Assembly (NCBI GenBank): GCA_021613535.1
Contig: CP075496.1
Coordinates: forward strand, 14,818,001-14,882,000
Direction: 5' to 3'
Source: Adineta vaga
Lineage: Eukaryota; Animalia; Rotifera
Length of the DNA: 64,000 nt
Shown: in pieces, positions 40,311 through 51,613 of the stretch
Layout of the letters: each line of letters starts with the position of its first letter
How positions within the stretch are numbered: position 1 is the stretch's first letter
The notes under the pieces: generated by a model
Databases searched by the model: none
What the model saw: the letters and a program-made list of their open reading frames with translations, nothing else
What the model was told of the DNA's origin: nothing
Translations under genes and position numbers: made by a program

Positions 40311-41104
40311 ACAACGTAATCACTTTTGCAAAAGTCCTGAGACAAAATGTTCGTTAGTTTTTCGAGTACATGAAAGAGATTGGTGAGGAATAAAAGTGGT
40401 CAATAAGAAGCAGAATTCTATGCTCTTTCCAAATATGTGTGCAAAATTTTTGTCTGAATTAGGATTGTTTCACTGTGAATAAATGTTTAAAAGGGTCAAA
40501 ACGGATGTTTGTACATGCAAAATAGGAGTTCTTGTGCATTCCATAGTTTTTGCAGATCGTATTTTTGGACAACTTTGACTCAGCATTATTTTAGAGCGTT
40601 CCACTCTCTACAAAATGAAACACTATAATAAATTAGTGCTAGAAAAGACAAAACTCATGTTCATTTTCCTAAAAGTTATTTTTCACATGCATCGATATTT
40701 ATCAAACCAACAATTTTTCAAAAATTATCTTTTAAAGTGCAGCGGATTTTAAGTGTATGTCATGAAATATAAAAGAAAACGAGACATTACATTTCGTAGA
40801 GCAGACTTCGCCCTACAAAACAAGAATATTAAAGAAGCATTTCATATATTCATCTGATTAAACTTCAATCAAAACACAAAATGGATGACAACAAAATTCT
40901 GTACAAACATCAATTTTGATTCTTTCAAACATTTATTCACAGTGAAAAAATCCGAAGTCAGACAAAACTTCTGCACACATATTCGGAAAGAGCACATAAT
41001 TCTGCTTCTTACTGACCACTTTTACTTCTCACCAATCGCTCGCATGTCCCCGAAAAACGAACGAACATTTTGTCTCAGGACTTTTGCAAAAGTGGTTATG
41101 ATGT
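40311..41104. mobile_element. MITE with ~200-bp imperfect TIRs just upstream of the NRPS
   Basis: CACTTTTGCAAAAGTCCTGAGACAAAATGTTCGTT at 40321, with its reverse complement ending at 41094. Confidence 0.8.
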
Positions 41105-42612
41105 GAAACAAAATGGGCACAGTTTCTATTAGGACTATCAAAATAACACACTTCAGTGAATACGCTCACTCGATACGGAAAGAACAGAAGATCATGAGAC
41201 TGGTATGGAAGAGAGGAAAGTAATATAACTGGATGTAAGATAAAATATTTGAGGAAAAAAATTAATTTTTTCCTTTCTTATTCATGGTTGAGCAATTATT
41301 ATCTTCAACCATCTTCGTCTGGAGTAGTAACTCCTAATGCCGAGAATAACATGTTTTTTAGTTTTATTTTGATATAGGATCAGAGAGAGATTACACCCGT
41401 AAAAAAATTCGAATGGGCTATTCACGATATTTCTTCAGAAACAAAATCTGCGACAGAAGATCGATTAAGAATTATACTGATAAAGGATCAATTCCTGTAT
41501 GCAATAAAAAATATGAACTCTCGCATTCTACAAGTTGCAAAAACATTCAGAGTAGTTTTGAAAAACATGTCGAAATGTGTTGGGATTCATATCGAACACA
41601 CTTTCACTACAAAAGTCTGAAAATATCAAGAAACCAGTGTTTCAACGTTAAACTGAACTGGGACTACTCTAGCTACTAAGCAGTCTTTGGAATTTTAGAG
41701 CAAGTTTTCGAGATGTAATCCAAATTTCCATATCACGGTTTCGAGTCATTTTTTTCTCTCTGAATTGTCTTGTATGTATCGCGTTGATTAGTTGAGTTCT
41801 GATCATTTTTCGAAATATTAGAAAGTTACTAAAGTTTTCTGGGTATCCCCAATTACTAAATATTAGTGTTATTCAATATTATGGACTGCGTGAAGACATT
41901 ATTATCCACAAGGCTCTGAAAAAAGTGGTGCCTGCGTTTATTTGCATCAAAGTTCGCCATAATCAGTGCTGGGGAAGCGTTAATCATGTATTGAGAGTAG
42001 AGCCTCGTTCAGTAATTTAACAGATATCGAGTTAAGACAAGTAGGAGAAGAGACATGATTCAAATACGATCATGTTACAATCATCTGCAACGAATTATCT
42101 GTGCGTCGAATTTTCTTAGCACCAGTAATTCTTTCACTTTTTGCTTTGTTCACTGGTGAGTGAATCCGTGGTAAACGCACCACAGTTAGCAAAAGGTTTT
42201 TTTTGCGAATTTTCTTTGCTCAGTCGATGGCACCTCCTTAGAAAATAGATTCTACCGAAAAAAAGTTCAGACTAGATGTGAAAACGTGGTAGGGCCAGGC
42301 AAATGTCACGTTACAACTCATTTTGACATTTATGCTCACATTGAAACGGCTTTTGTAATTCTTCACATCACTAGTTTTGTACAGCATCTCATGCTGTTCA
42401 TTCTGGTTTTGGTGGGTGACAGTGGAATGATGGGTGGGGCATAGATGTGGTTGTTGGATGACGTGCGTGTGGGTGTGAGTAGTGTATTCACAGTTGAATG
42501 TGATGGACAGGTGCATGAACATCCAGTCCTTTAAGTTTGGGAAGAAATTCCGAAGAGAAAACAATTTTTTGTTTTTGGCAGTCGAGGATGAAGTGAGTCG
42601 AAACGATGAATG

Positions 42613-43149
42613 TTGCTTATATGTATAGCTCATACTGTAGGTATAAGTCCTAAAATGATTCGTCCCCACACTCTGTTGTTGTTGAGATATTGTATTTTCA
42701 AGATACATAAAAAAATATTATTGCCGTGTTTCTCCTCCGAGATATCGAAAAAATTCATTTTTTCATTTCGACTTGAAACTTTGTGTAAATGGAGGTCTCA
42801 ATGAAAACTGTTTATTGTGAAAATTTCAGCTTTTTCAAATGGTCCTAATCACAAATAATAGTACCAACACTATTCTCCGTAAGTGACATTATAGGTTCCA
42901 TAGCCATATCTTCGGATGGAAACAAACAATATATCTACGATTTTCAAAACAAACTACTATCATTGAGACCTTCATTTACATAGTTTCAAGTCGAAATGAA
43001 AAAATGAATTTTTTCGATGTCTCAGAATGGGACCACGGCAATCATATTTTTTCATATATCTTAAAAATACAATATCTCAACAATAACAGAGTTTGGGGAC
43101 GAATCATTTTAGAACTTATACCTACAGTATGAGCTATACCTAAAAGCAA
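42613..43149. mobile_element. MITE with ~200-bp imperfect TIRs
   Basis: GTATAGCTCATACTGTAGGTATAAGT...AAAATGATTCGTCCCCA is mirrored at 43085-43149. Confidence 0.8.
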
Positions 43150-43864
43150 AATCCGCGTTCAGATGAGAGGTGTCACCTCAGATGCTTCCCTCGTCAGTAA
43201 CAATGGATGATCTGATTATACTTTTTACTCCCGATGACAATCATTGCCCTGATAAGTTCGTTAGCAAACTATTATCTTAATAGTATTACACATACCTCTT
43301 TATATTATAAACGTATGGGTCACGTTGATGATTTTGGAAAGAAATAGCTCGACAATATTAAGTGTAGGGATGCTCTCAAATAGGCGAATGCGCGTTGTCT
43401 TAACTAATACGATTGAAACAGAACTGCATTGAGCATGAGTATTGTATAAATACGCAATATACACAACGTTTTGCTATGAAGCTAGTTGGTTATGCATGAT
43501 TTCCTCTACTCTCTACGACCATTAAAGCAAATACATTAGATGCAGTACGAAAGTATAATGGCGTTTTATCTTCGTCGAGCTATAATACAGACATGCAACA
43601 GAGACTTGCCCTTTTCGATAGTTGATGGCTGTCATACTAAAAAAATTAAATGGCAAAATAGGACAAAAAGCTCGCCCGCCCAGCCGTTTTAGGCTAAAAT
43701 ATGAAACTCACCTATCATATTTATCATCACTATAATAATACTAAATACGTAAAATAAAGGTCTTTAATAAACAGTATCTACTTTCTAAGGATGGCTGATC
43801 GTCAAAGAAATGATCTACGTTATTTATTTCTGTATTTCAAAAACTAATTGTTTTCTTGTATTCT

Positions 43865-44060
43865 CTTTTTGATGTACTCAAAAAGTGAGAACACTACTTT
43901 AATTGGTCCGTGTATCCGTCCGTGTACACGATAACTTTTAAAAGGAGAGTTAGATCGTGATAAAAAATTTTCCACAGTTCAGTCTCATCAATATCTCGGT
44001 TGAGTTCGAAGATGAGCTTGGTTGGACCAGCCATTGCAGAGTTATCGGGAAAATACTGAT
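43865..44060 (+). mobile_element. Possible HINE/DINE-1-like non-autonomous Helentron fragment
   Basis: GTCCGTGTATCCGTCCGTG microsatellite-like start followed by ATATCTCGGTTGAGTTCGAAGATGAG; recognised by resemblance only. Confidence 0.35.
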
Positions 44061-44574
44061 AAATTCCTCTTGTTGTACAGTGACTAGCATCTTGAACATA
44101 AGAACCTAGAAAGAGAGCGAAATTTGTTGGCCAAAGAAATGTGGTTCAGTTCATGAACCAGTTAATATAAGTCACGATCGACTACATAGTAACCTGCTCA
44201 ATTTACTTAGGTGTATCCAACAGTAATGTCGTCCCTTTGTTATTTCCTTATTGAATGGTCAAAACAAAATTCTTGTTTTATAGAAATATAGAGAAACTGA
44301 AACTGTATTTTTCTATACTCTTTCATCGTATTCAACTAAGTGTCATACGAACAAAATTCCGAGCAGAAATATCTTCGTGTGAAACTAACCATTGGGATTA
44401 TGTGGTATTTTCGTCCACTTCTATGCAAATTTCGCTCATCCTTTGCTTCTCCTTTTCTTTCCAACTGGTCCACCGCTTCTTATCAATCTCGTATAGATAC
44501 AGCTTATTCGTATACTATTGAGGAAGACAAAAGGACAAAAGTCGACTTCAACTTGAATAACTTATCCGTTTCTA

Positions 44575-45600
44575 ATGAATAAGGAAAACATTCGTTTTTA
44601 TATCAAAATGCGCACCGCGTTTGATATTCAACCAAGAGTGATTTATGAAGAGTCATATGCTGTTCGTGGTGATCGAATATCTTGTCATAGAGCAGCTGGA
44701 ATATGGTGTAAACGATTCCATGAAGACCAAGATGACCTCGAAGACGAAGCATGACCCGGCAGATCCGTTACCGAAACAACCTCTGAAAACATCGGACAAA
44801 TTCGTCTGATCATTGATGATGATCCTAAAGTCACAATTGAAAAAATACAAGACCAAACTGGTTTAAGCTACGGTACTACGAAGCGGATCATTATCGATCA
44901 TTTACAACTGATCAACGTCACGGCTCGTTACTTACCGAAATAACTCATTGGCTTCCAACGAAACGAACAAGTACCAATATGCAAAGAGAACTTAGCGCGA
45001 TTTAGAGATGGAATATGACGTTTATGCAATGTGATAACGATCGACGAATGGTCGTTCTATCACCGGCAGACTGGCCGCAAGTCATCAAATGCTGTTTGGA
45101 TGGCAAGAGGTGATTCTACATCCACAATCATTTGTCGCCATAAGTTTGCTCCGAAAACGTTATTATCCATCTTTTTTAGATCCATCGGTCCACTTATGAT
45201 TCTTCCTGTGAAACAACGGCAAACTATCGATCATTGATATTACATCGACAATTGCTTACCACTTCGTTTAGACGAAATTAGGCACCGACGACACCCATAT
45301 CGCACAAATCATGTCATTCTGCATCAAGACAACAACAAGCCGCATGTTCATGAGCGTGTGTCTAAGTACCTTCAATTGGAAGGTATTTACACAATACCCA
45401 GGCAGACAAATTGAGAAGAATTACGAGTAAAAACGTTTGAAAATGTGCGCTTTTCCCGAATTTATTTTCGTTAGAATTTTAACGCGTTTTTACTCGTAAT
45501 TCTTCTCAATTTGTCTGCCTGGGATAGTACATCCACCGAATTCTCTCGACTCCATACCATGCGATTTCTGGTTATTTGATCTAATTAAACGCAAATCGAT
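44575..45600 (+). pseudogene. Mariner (DD34D) transposase relic
   Basis: MNKENIRFYIKMRTA.., ITIDEWSFYH (D1), LHQDNNKPH (D2), HPPNSLDSIPCDFWLF (D3); stops and frameshifts. Confidence 0.85.
45397..45523. mobile_element. 127-bp MITE (CCCAG...CTGGG, 3-bp TSD ATA; CMC/EnSpm-like) inserted in the mariner relic
   Basis: ~39-bp perfect TIRs with ATA on both sides; removing it restores the frame IYTI-VHPPNS. Confidence 0.9.
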
Positions 45601-45760
45601 GTACAATCATTGCAACGGGTCCGCTACACTTTGCCGATAATCAGTTTGCCGACAGATACACTAAGCATGTTAAATCTCGTAGTTTCTAAATTCCAACACA
45701 ATTACGAAGTGAGCTAGTTTTCTGTTAGATAGAGTGTAAATGCATAGATAAACAAAGACA

Positions 45761-45821
45761 ATCTTGAGGGTGTGGGTTAAGAGTATAGCCCGACCCATAC
45801 CCGCACCCACACCCTCAAGAT
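45761..45821. repeat. Telomere-repeat-like mini hairpin
   Basis: ATCTTGAGGGTGTGGGT...ACCCGCACCCACACCCTCAAGAT. Confidence 0.85.
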
Positions 45822-46382
45822 GCTTACCTCGTAAACTAAAGAGACTTCATTCACAGTCGATTATTTACCAAAGTTCATTGTTGGCACAAAAAAATATACT
45901 CTTGTGATATTGTAGTATCAAAAGGCAGTGCTAATGATCTGCTATTCAAAATCAAATGAGCAAGCTGGTTGATCTCCGTTTCCATCTCGAAAACTATCTG
46001 AGTCCTTTCAGCTTACTGTAAAAAAATACTTTGACGACGTTCACATTTTTTAATAGTATAAGGTGCCCTAGTTCAAGACTTTTTCAAACAATCTCGTAGT
46101 ACGCAAAATATTCAGTTGAATCTTTAAAGTTTTCAATTCCGCGGGAAACGCTTTGTACAAAACGCGAATCAATATTTACTGATCGCTCTCTAACGAGTCA
46201 TGAGGCGCAGAGGTAATGTTTTTTATTGAATAATAAAGACATATTAGTGTATCATGGAGTCCTACAAAAAACGGCTTATTTCATCGACGTTGTATACTAC
46301 GAAATAGTGAAAATCAAAAGTACCTTCCGCTTCTGATTTTCATTTTAGTTCGATTGCAGAAGCCATTTTTCTCAATAAAGTT

Positions 46383-48255
46383 TCAGCTTTTCACAATCGA
46401 AAATTCGGGCGTTTTCAGAAGCTCACGACCAATGTCTAATACTTTTTCAAGAAACAAATCGAGATCGGCCCATTTAGTTCGATGATTCATAATACACATT
46501 CGCATTACAAATGTATCACTATTGATCACATATGGAGAGACGAAACCTATTCCACGTCCTGCAATGATAAGCATTAGTGCTGTGTTTAATTTATTCAATG
46601 TATCTAAATCGATACCATCCAAACGATATCGAAAACAAACAATGTTGAGTGAGCCCGTTGCAAGTACTTCGAGTTCGGTATGGTGTTGTTGAATTAATTC
46701 AATGAAATATTGTATTTGATCAACGTTTTGCTCCATAATTTGACCCAATTTTTCTATTCCATACGCTTTGAGTGTCATCCAAACTTTGAGCGATTTCATA
46801 CTTCTCGACAGTTCTAATGTGTAATCGCTGAATACAATTTCTTCTTCAGGTGATGTTACTTTATCTTCTGTCCGTCCCATATAAGATGCGGGTGGTTGAG
46901 CGAATGTTGATCGGTGCATTGCACCATCCCGCACGAGAATACAACCGCATTCGTACGGGACAAAGAGCCATTTATGTAAATCAAATGCAATTGAATCCGC
47001 ACGTTCGAGACCAGCGAATAGAGGCCGAAGACGTGTTGAGCATCGAGCAACTGCTCCAATCGCACCGTCGACGTGGAACCACATGTCATTAGGATTGTGA
47101 GCGCACAAGTCAGCAAGACCTTGGAGATCATCGATGGCGCCTGTGCCGACCGTTCCCGCAGAACCAACCACAAAGCCACATGACTTTGGGTCAATTGTTG
47201 CTACTAAAGCCTAAATACAGTTGATAATGGCAAAATTCAAGAACAACCGTCCTCTAATCCATTACCTGCAGATCGATTTGTTGTTTGTCATTCGTTGGAA
47301 TAACGACCATGTTCTCTTGCTCGATGCCTAAGAGCTGAGCTGCTCGTATAAGGCAAGTGTGCGCTTCTGATGAGTAATATATTTTCATAAGTCGGCCGTG
47401 AAACTTTTTCTTCGCCACTGCCATTGCTATTATTGTAGCTACCGACGTACCACTTACCAGTGCACCAGAACAAGTGTCATCATTTGGAAAACCCATTAAT
47501 AATTTGAGCCAAGACAAGATTTGACTTTCTACGTAGGTGCTCGCTTGATGACCGCCCGCCGAATTTGTGTTCATAGTCGCTGTGATCAGCTCGGCCAGAG
47601 CACCAATCAGTGAGCCACTTCCTATGGCAAAGCCCCAAAACCGTGGGTGAATGTTACCCGCTGGATAAGGAAGAATTGTCGCCCGAACTTGTTCATACAC
47701 TTGCCAAAGTGATTGTCCCTTTAATGGAAGATCAAATTGAGACAGGGCTAGTATGGCTTCGGGTGGTATCAGACGACAAGTTGGTCGGAGGCGAAGATCG
47801 CGTAAGTAGTCGAGCATGTCGTCCATTATTTGATGTCCTAATAATCTTGCATCCTTCCAGTCGAGAGGATCAAGGGAGATCGCTTCAGGTTTGTTCTCAT
47901 CGTCAGAAGTCGAGAAACATGGAAAATCGATGGAAAATGACCAGATCTTTTTACGATTTTGACTACCAACATATATTGGAAAGGATATTTCAAGAAGCTT
48001 ATCATCGACTACACGAATACCACTGACTGGCGTTGCACTCTTCAGCATATTGATCAGCAGCTCAGCTAGTTCATCAGCTGTCTCACAGAGACGATGAGTA
48101 AGTGTTGCACATTGATCATCGTTCAATGAAATGGAATTGATCTTCATTTGATTTCGATGAAGTTCTATTGTTACACAACTGCTTGGATCATGCACAATTT
48201 GAATAGAATAGTCATGACTAAGTTGCCAGACGCTCTTATCGAAGGGCGACGCCAT
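46383..48255 (-). CDS. Group II PLP-dependent (aromatic) L-amino-acid decarboxylase of bacterial type, with ~125-aa N-terminal extension; 2 exons, 605 aa
   Basis: Exons 48255-47266 and 47210-46383 join in frame. Motifs SLDPLDW, GNIHPRFWG, SSEAH, GSAGTVGTGAIDDL, WFHVDGAIG, SIAFDLHKW (PLP Lys), ELSRSMKSLKVW, LNIVCFRY and RMCIMNHRT. Confidence 0.93.
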
Positions 48256-48413
48256 GAAACTGCTGCGTGTTCACTCCAGGAAAGACCTTGCTTGAACTAG
48301 AATACTCATGTTTTTTTACTATATACTTTACCTCTTGTTTTCCTCTGAACGCTATTTTCATTCTATATCTCTTATTATGTTTTTTTTCCGGACGAGAAAG
48401 AGAGTATGATCTA

Positions 48414-48883
48414 CATTCTAAATAAAAAAGGTGTATTACCAAACCCAACGAAAAGGTTCCGTAAATGTCAAAAGCTTCAGAATGCGTTGACAAATCGAAA
48501 GAAATAGTTATCAAAATCTAGGAAACCTAAAAAGGATCTGACCGCGGGTACACGCTCCGAACCATCGTCTACGAAACCTCATTAAGTTCCGTACAGCGAA
48601 AAAAGGTTTCGTATTTGCTCACGAAACCTTGATGCATTCGTATAAAACTACAGTGTTGAACCCCGAGGTTTCTTACTTTCTGATGGAACCCTTTTTTTGC
48701 CGTACAAAACTCAAAAAGGTTTCGTAGATGATGGTTCGGAGCGTGTACCCGCGGTCAGATCCTTTTTAGGTTTCGTAGATTTTGAAAACCATTTCTTTCG
48801 ATTTATCGACGCATTCTGAAGCTTTTGAAACCTACGAAACCCTTTCGATGGGTTCGGTCACCTTACCTTTTTTATTTAGAGTG
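48414..48883. mobile_element. MITE (CACTCTAAATAAAAAAGG-type termini, TA flanks; EnSpm-like) ~160 bp upstream of the decarboxylase
   Basis: ~165-bp imperfect TIRs and internal GGTTTCGTA repeats. Confidence 0.8.
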
Positions 48884-49090
48884 TAAAGAAATATCAACAG
48901 TTGCTTTAGATCGCTGAAGAGGGTGAGTTTTTTGGGGTAAACCTCTTATCACGATTCGAACAATAGGGAGCATAACAAAATAACCTTTCGAACTATTATG
49001 TAGAAAATCTACTTCTCACTAAAAAAAAGTTCTTCGGTAAAATCAATCTCAGTTTCAACCCGACATATTCCTATAAAGCAAGGTCATTAA

Positions 49091-49336
49091 CCCTTTCGGG
49101 ACCGGTGACGCTTTAAAGCGTCATTGAAATTTTATATGATCTGGCGCAAGTGAATTCGAATCTGTGGTGGGTATCTTCGAAGGAAATGTTGCGGTTGCTT
49201 TATTTTACATGTTTGTGTTATGATCCGCATCTTCATCTCACTTACTTCGAAGAGATCCGGGGAAAATTCGAATTCACTTGCGCCAGATCATATACAATTT
49301 CAATGACGTTTTAAAGCGTCGCCGGTCCCGAAAGGG
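49091..49336. mobile_element. piggyBac-type MITE
   Basis: TTAA|CCCTTTCGGGACCGG...CCGGTCCCGAAAGGG|TTAA, with ~70-bp TIRs. Confidence 0.92.
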
Positions 49337-50697
49337 TTAACAAAACATTGTTCAACAAATTTAAGCTGGCTCGCTACTGTCCCTCTTAATGTATTAATGT
49401 CACATATTTCAATATACAAAGAGCCTTATCAGCGCTTGCAGTATTTATGGTGTCGACCATTCCAGTTGCAAACATGAAATATTTATTTCAACATAAGGCT
49501 CTAAAGATCAATCACTTGTCAAAAATACAACAATTTGCACTATGAAGCGTTCTTGGCTGAAACAAGTAATATGAACGATGTTTTAGCCTCTTAACTTATG
49601 ATACAAAGAAATGCTGCAGTAGCAATCAAGATGTCAAATAGTGTAAGTAACCTGAATTCAAGACTTTTCAGCGACATTTACTCAGCGTTAGATTCTCCTA
49701 TTCAAGAGTTGAAAATTTAATTTTTTTTATCTATTATTAAACAGAAATATGTTGAACCAAAATAGGCTCTTACTGTGCCTGATCCTTTTAAAATATTCGA
49801 AAACATTTCAATTTTCAGTTCCAAATAATCTTCACTGCAGTCATCTTATGAATAGTCTTCTTACCGAAGCTTTGTGTAATGGTGATCTATTTACTGAGAA
49901 TTGAGATTCGCTCGTCGTGGTTGTATCACAAATATTGGTCACTTCTCATCCCAGTTGCTACGACGTTTTTCGCAAGCAGTTAATATTAGTTGTGTCGAAA
50001 AAGCGTTAAACAGAAAAGGACTAGTCGTTGAATGAATGCGTTTCAGTAAAATGCAAGGACAGCATGCAAGACTGCACACCTTCTAAAAAAATCAAATAAA
50101 GATTACCAATCGATTAACCACGTTTTCGTTTGTTGTAACTCGCGTTCCAAGCGTCTTGGCAAGAATGTGGAAGTTGATTGTGAGCTTGCATAAATCGCCA
50201 GAAAGTTGATTCTTTCACTATTGGATAGAGCAAAGTCTCTAGATTCGAAATGCATTGGATGAATCCATGGGAAGCGTACTACTCTTATATTGAATTCCTC
50301 AGAATTTGCTCAAACTTTCAAGGTTTGTAGAGCTTGTTGAGCTGATCACTTTGATATAAAATTCTTCTAAGATTGTATCAAGGTCGACTGAGAAGGGCCC
50401 AAAATACAGTTAAACAAAATTGCCATGAAATGTGCTAAATTGAGCTGCTCATTAACAGTAGTTTCTACATTTTATCTCCATTAAAAAGCGAAAAATAAAT
50501 TATTTATGCAAAACTCTCATCAGTTTGCGCTCTTCATAGCACGGTCCTTCCGAATTCGAGTGACTGGTGCTTTAGTATGTTTTTTAGAGCGCCGCTTGCT
50601 CTATCTCCTGGTATATTAGGAATATCACCCGGTTTCGCTTTTCAACCGTTAGAGAATCTCAGGACGTATGTCTAGTTTCTGAACCTAAGTCTAAATT

Positions 50698-50767
50698 TTG
50701 GTGAGTGTAGGTGTAGATGAGGATATAATGTACAACTCAAACCCATCTCCCACATCACCCACTCTCA
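50698..50767. repeat. Telomere-repeat-like mini hairpin (degenerate)
   Basis: TTGGTGAGTGTAGGTGTAG...CCCATCTCCCACATCACCCACTCTCA. Confidence 0.5.
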
Positions 50768-51613
50768 GCCGTAATTCTGAAATGGTTTCGTACAAGTAGT
50801 ACGTTTTCCATGGATTCACTCATTTCTCGAAAAAAAGATTTGAACTTACTAGCGCGCTCAAATATAATTAGTTTGAAAGGTACCAAAAATGCCTTGCGGC
50901 CGTCTAAAATGTTTTGTTTGTCTTTTACTTCGCGCCTAAAGCAACTTAAAAAAAATTTCCCACCTTTAAGATCAGCGGGTAGTGTGCAGAAAAAGGAGTT
51001 TTCCCTAACCCACATAAAAGGTTCAGTCGATTTTAATGTTCGTTTTTTGGGACTTTTGGCACATTTGAAAGCTTTTAGTGTTCTACTGAAGCTTTTGTGT
51101 GGGTTCAGGAAACCTCCTTTTTTTCAGAGTAGGTATAAAGAATTAAACTTCTGGAAGTAACCTTTCAGGATGATTAATAAGTTCACTTATTAGTTTACAT
51201 CGATAATCATCAATCCATTCGCATTTGTAATCGGTTGAGATGTGATTTCCACCAGTGATGGCATTTAATGGTACATTCCATGTGTTCATGAATATTTGTT
51301 CTATCACCACCAAAACGTCGGCATATATCGTGATTTGAGTTTCGACAATTTTTCTTACTGTGACCAGGATGATTGAATCTTCTACAGATAAGAACTTTTG
51401 CAGTAGGAAGAAATTTTAGCATCTAGTTCTTCTTTTGATATCATCATTGGTGATGGTACGATGTATCCATATCAAGATGATAGTATTTTGAGATGGAAGA
51501 TGGATAAAGATCTTAGATCTAGTTTAATGCTCATCAGTTCTTTTGGATATAATCAATTCATTAGTTAATTTTGAACCTTGTTTTGGATGACAGGTAATTT
51601 TAAAAGGTGTAAA

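Noticed and set aside
32324-48255. Bacterial contamination or chimeric assembly as the source of the NRPS and decarboxylase
   Set aside because: Both genes have canonical spliceosomal introns that restore the frame, and they are interleaved with eukaryotic transposons.
49600-50300. Exon-like minus-strand fragments (..CSLACCPCILL..)
   Set aside because: They contain stops and could not be assigned to a family.
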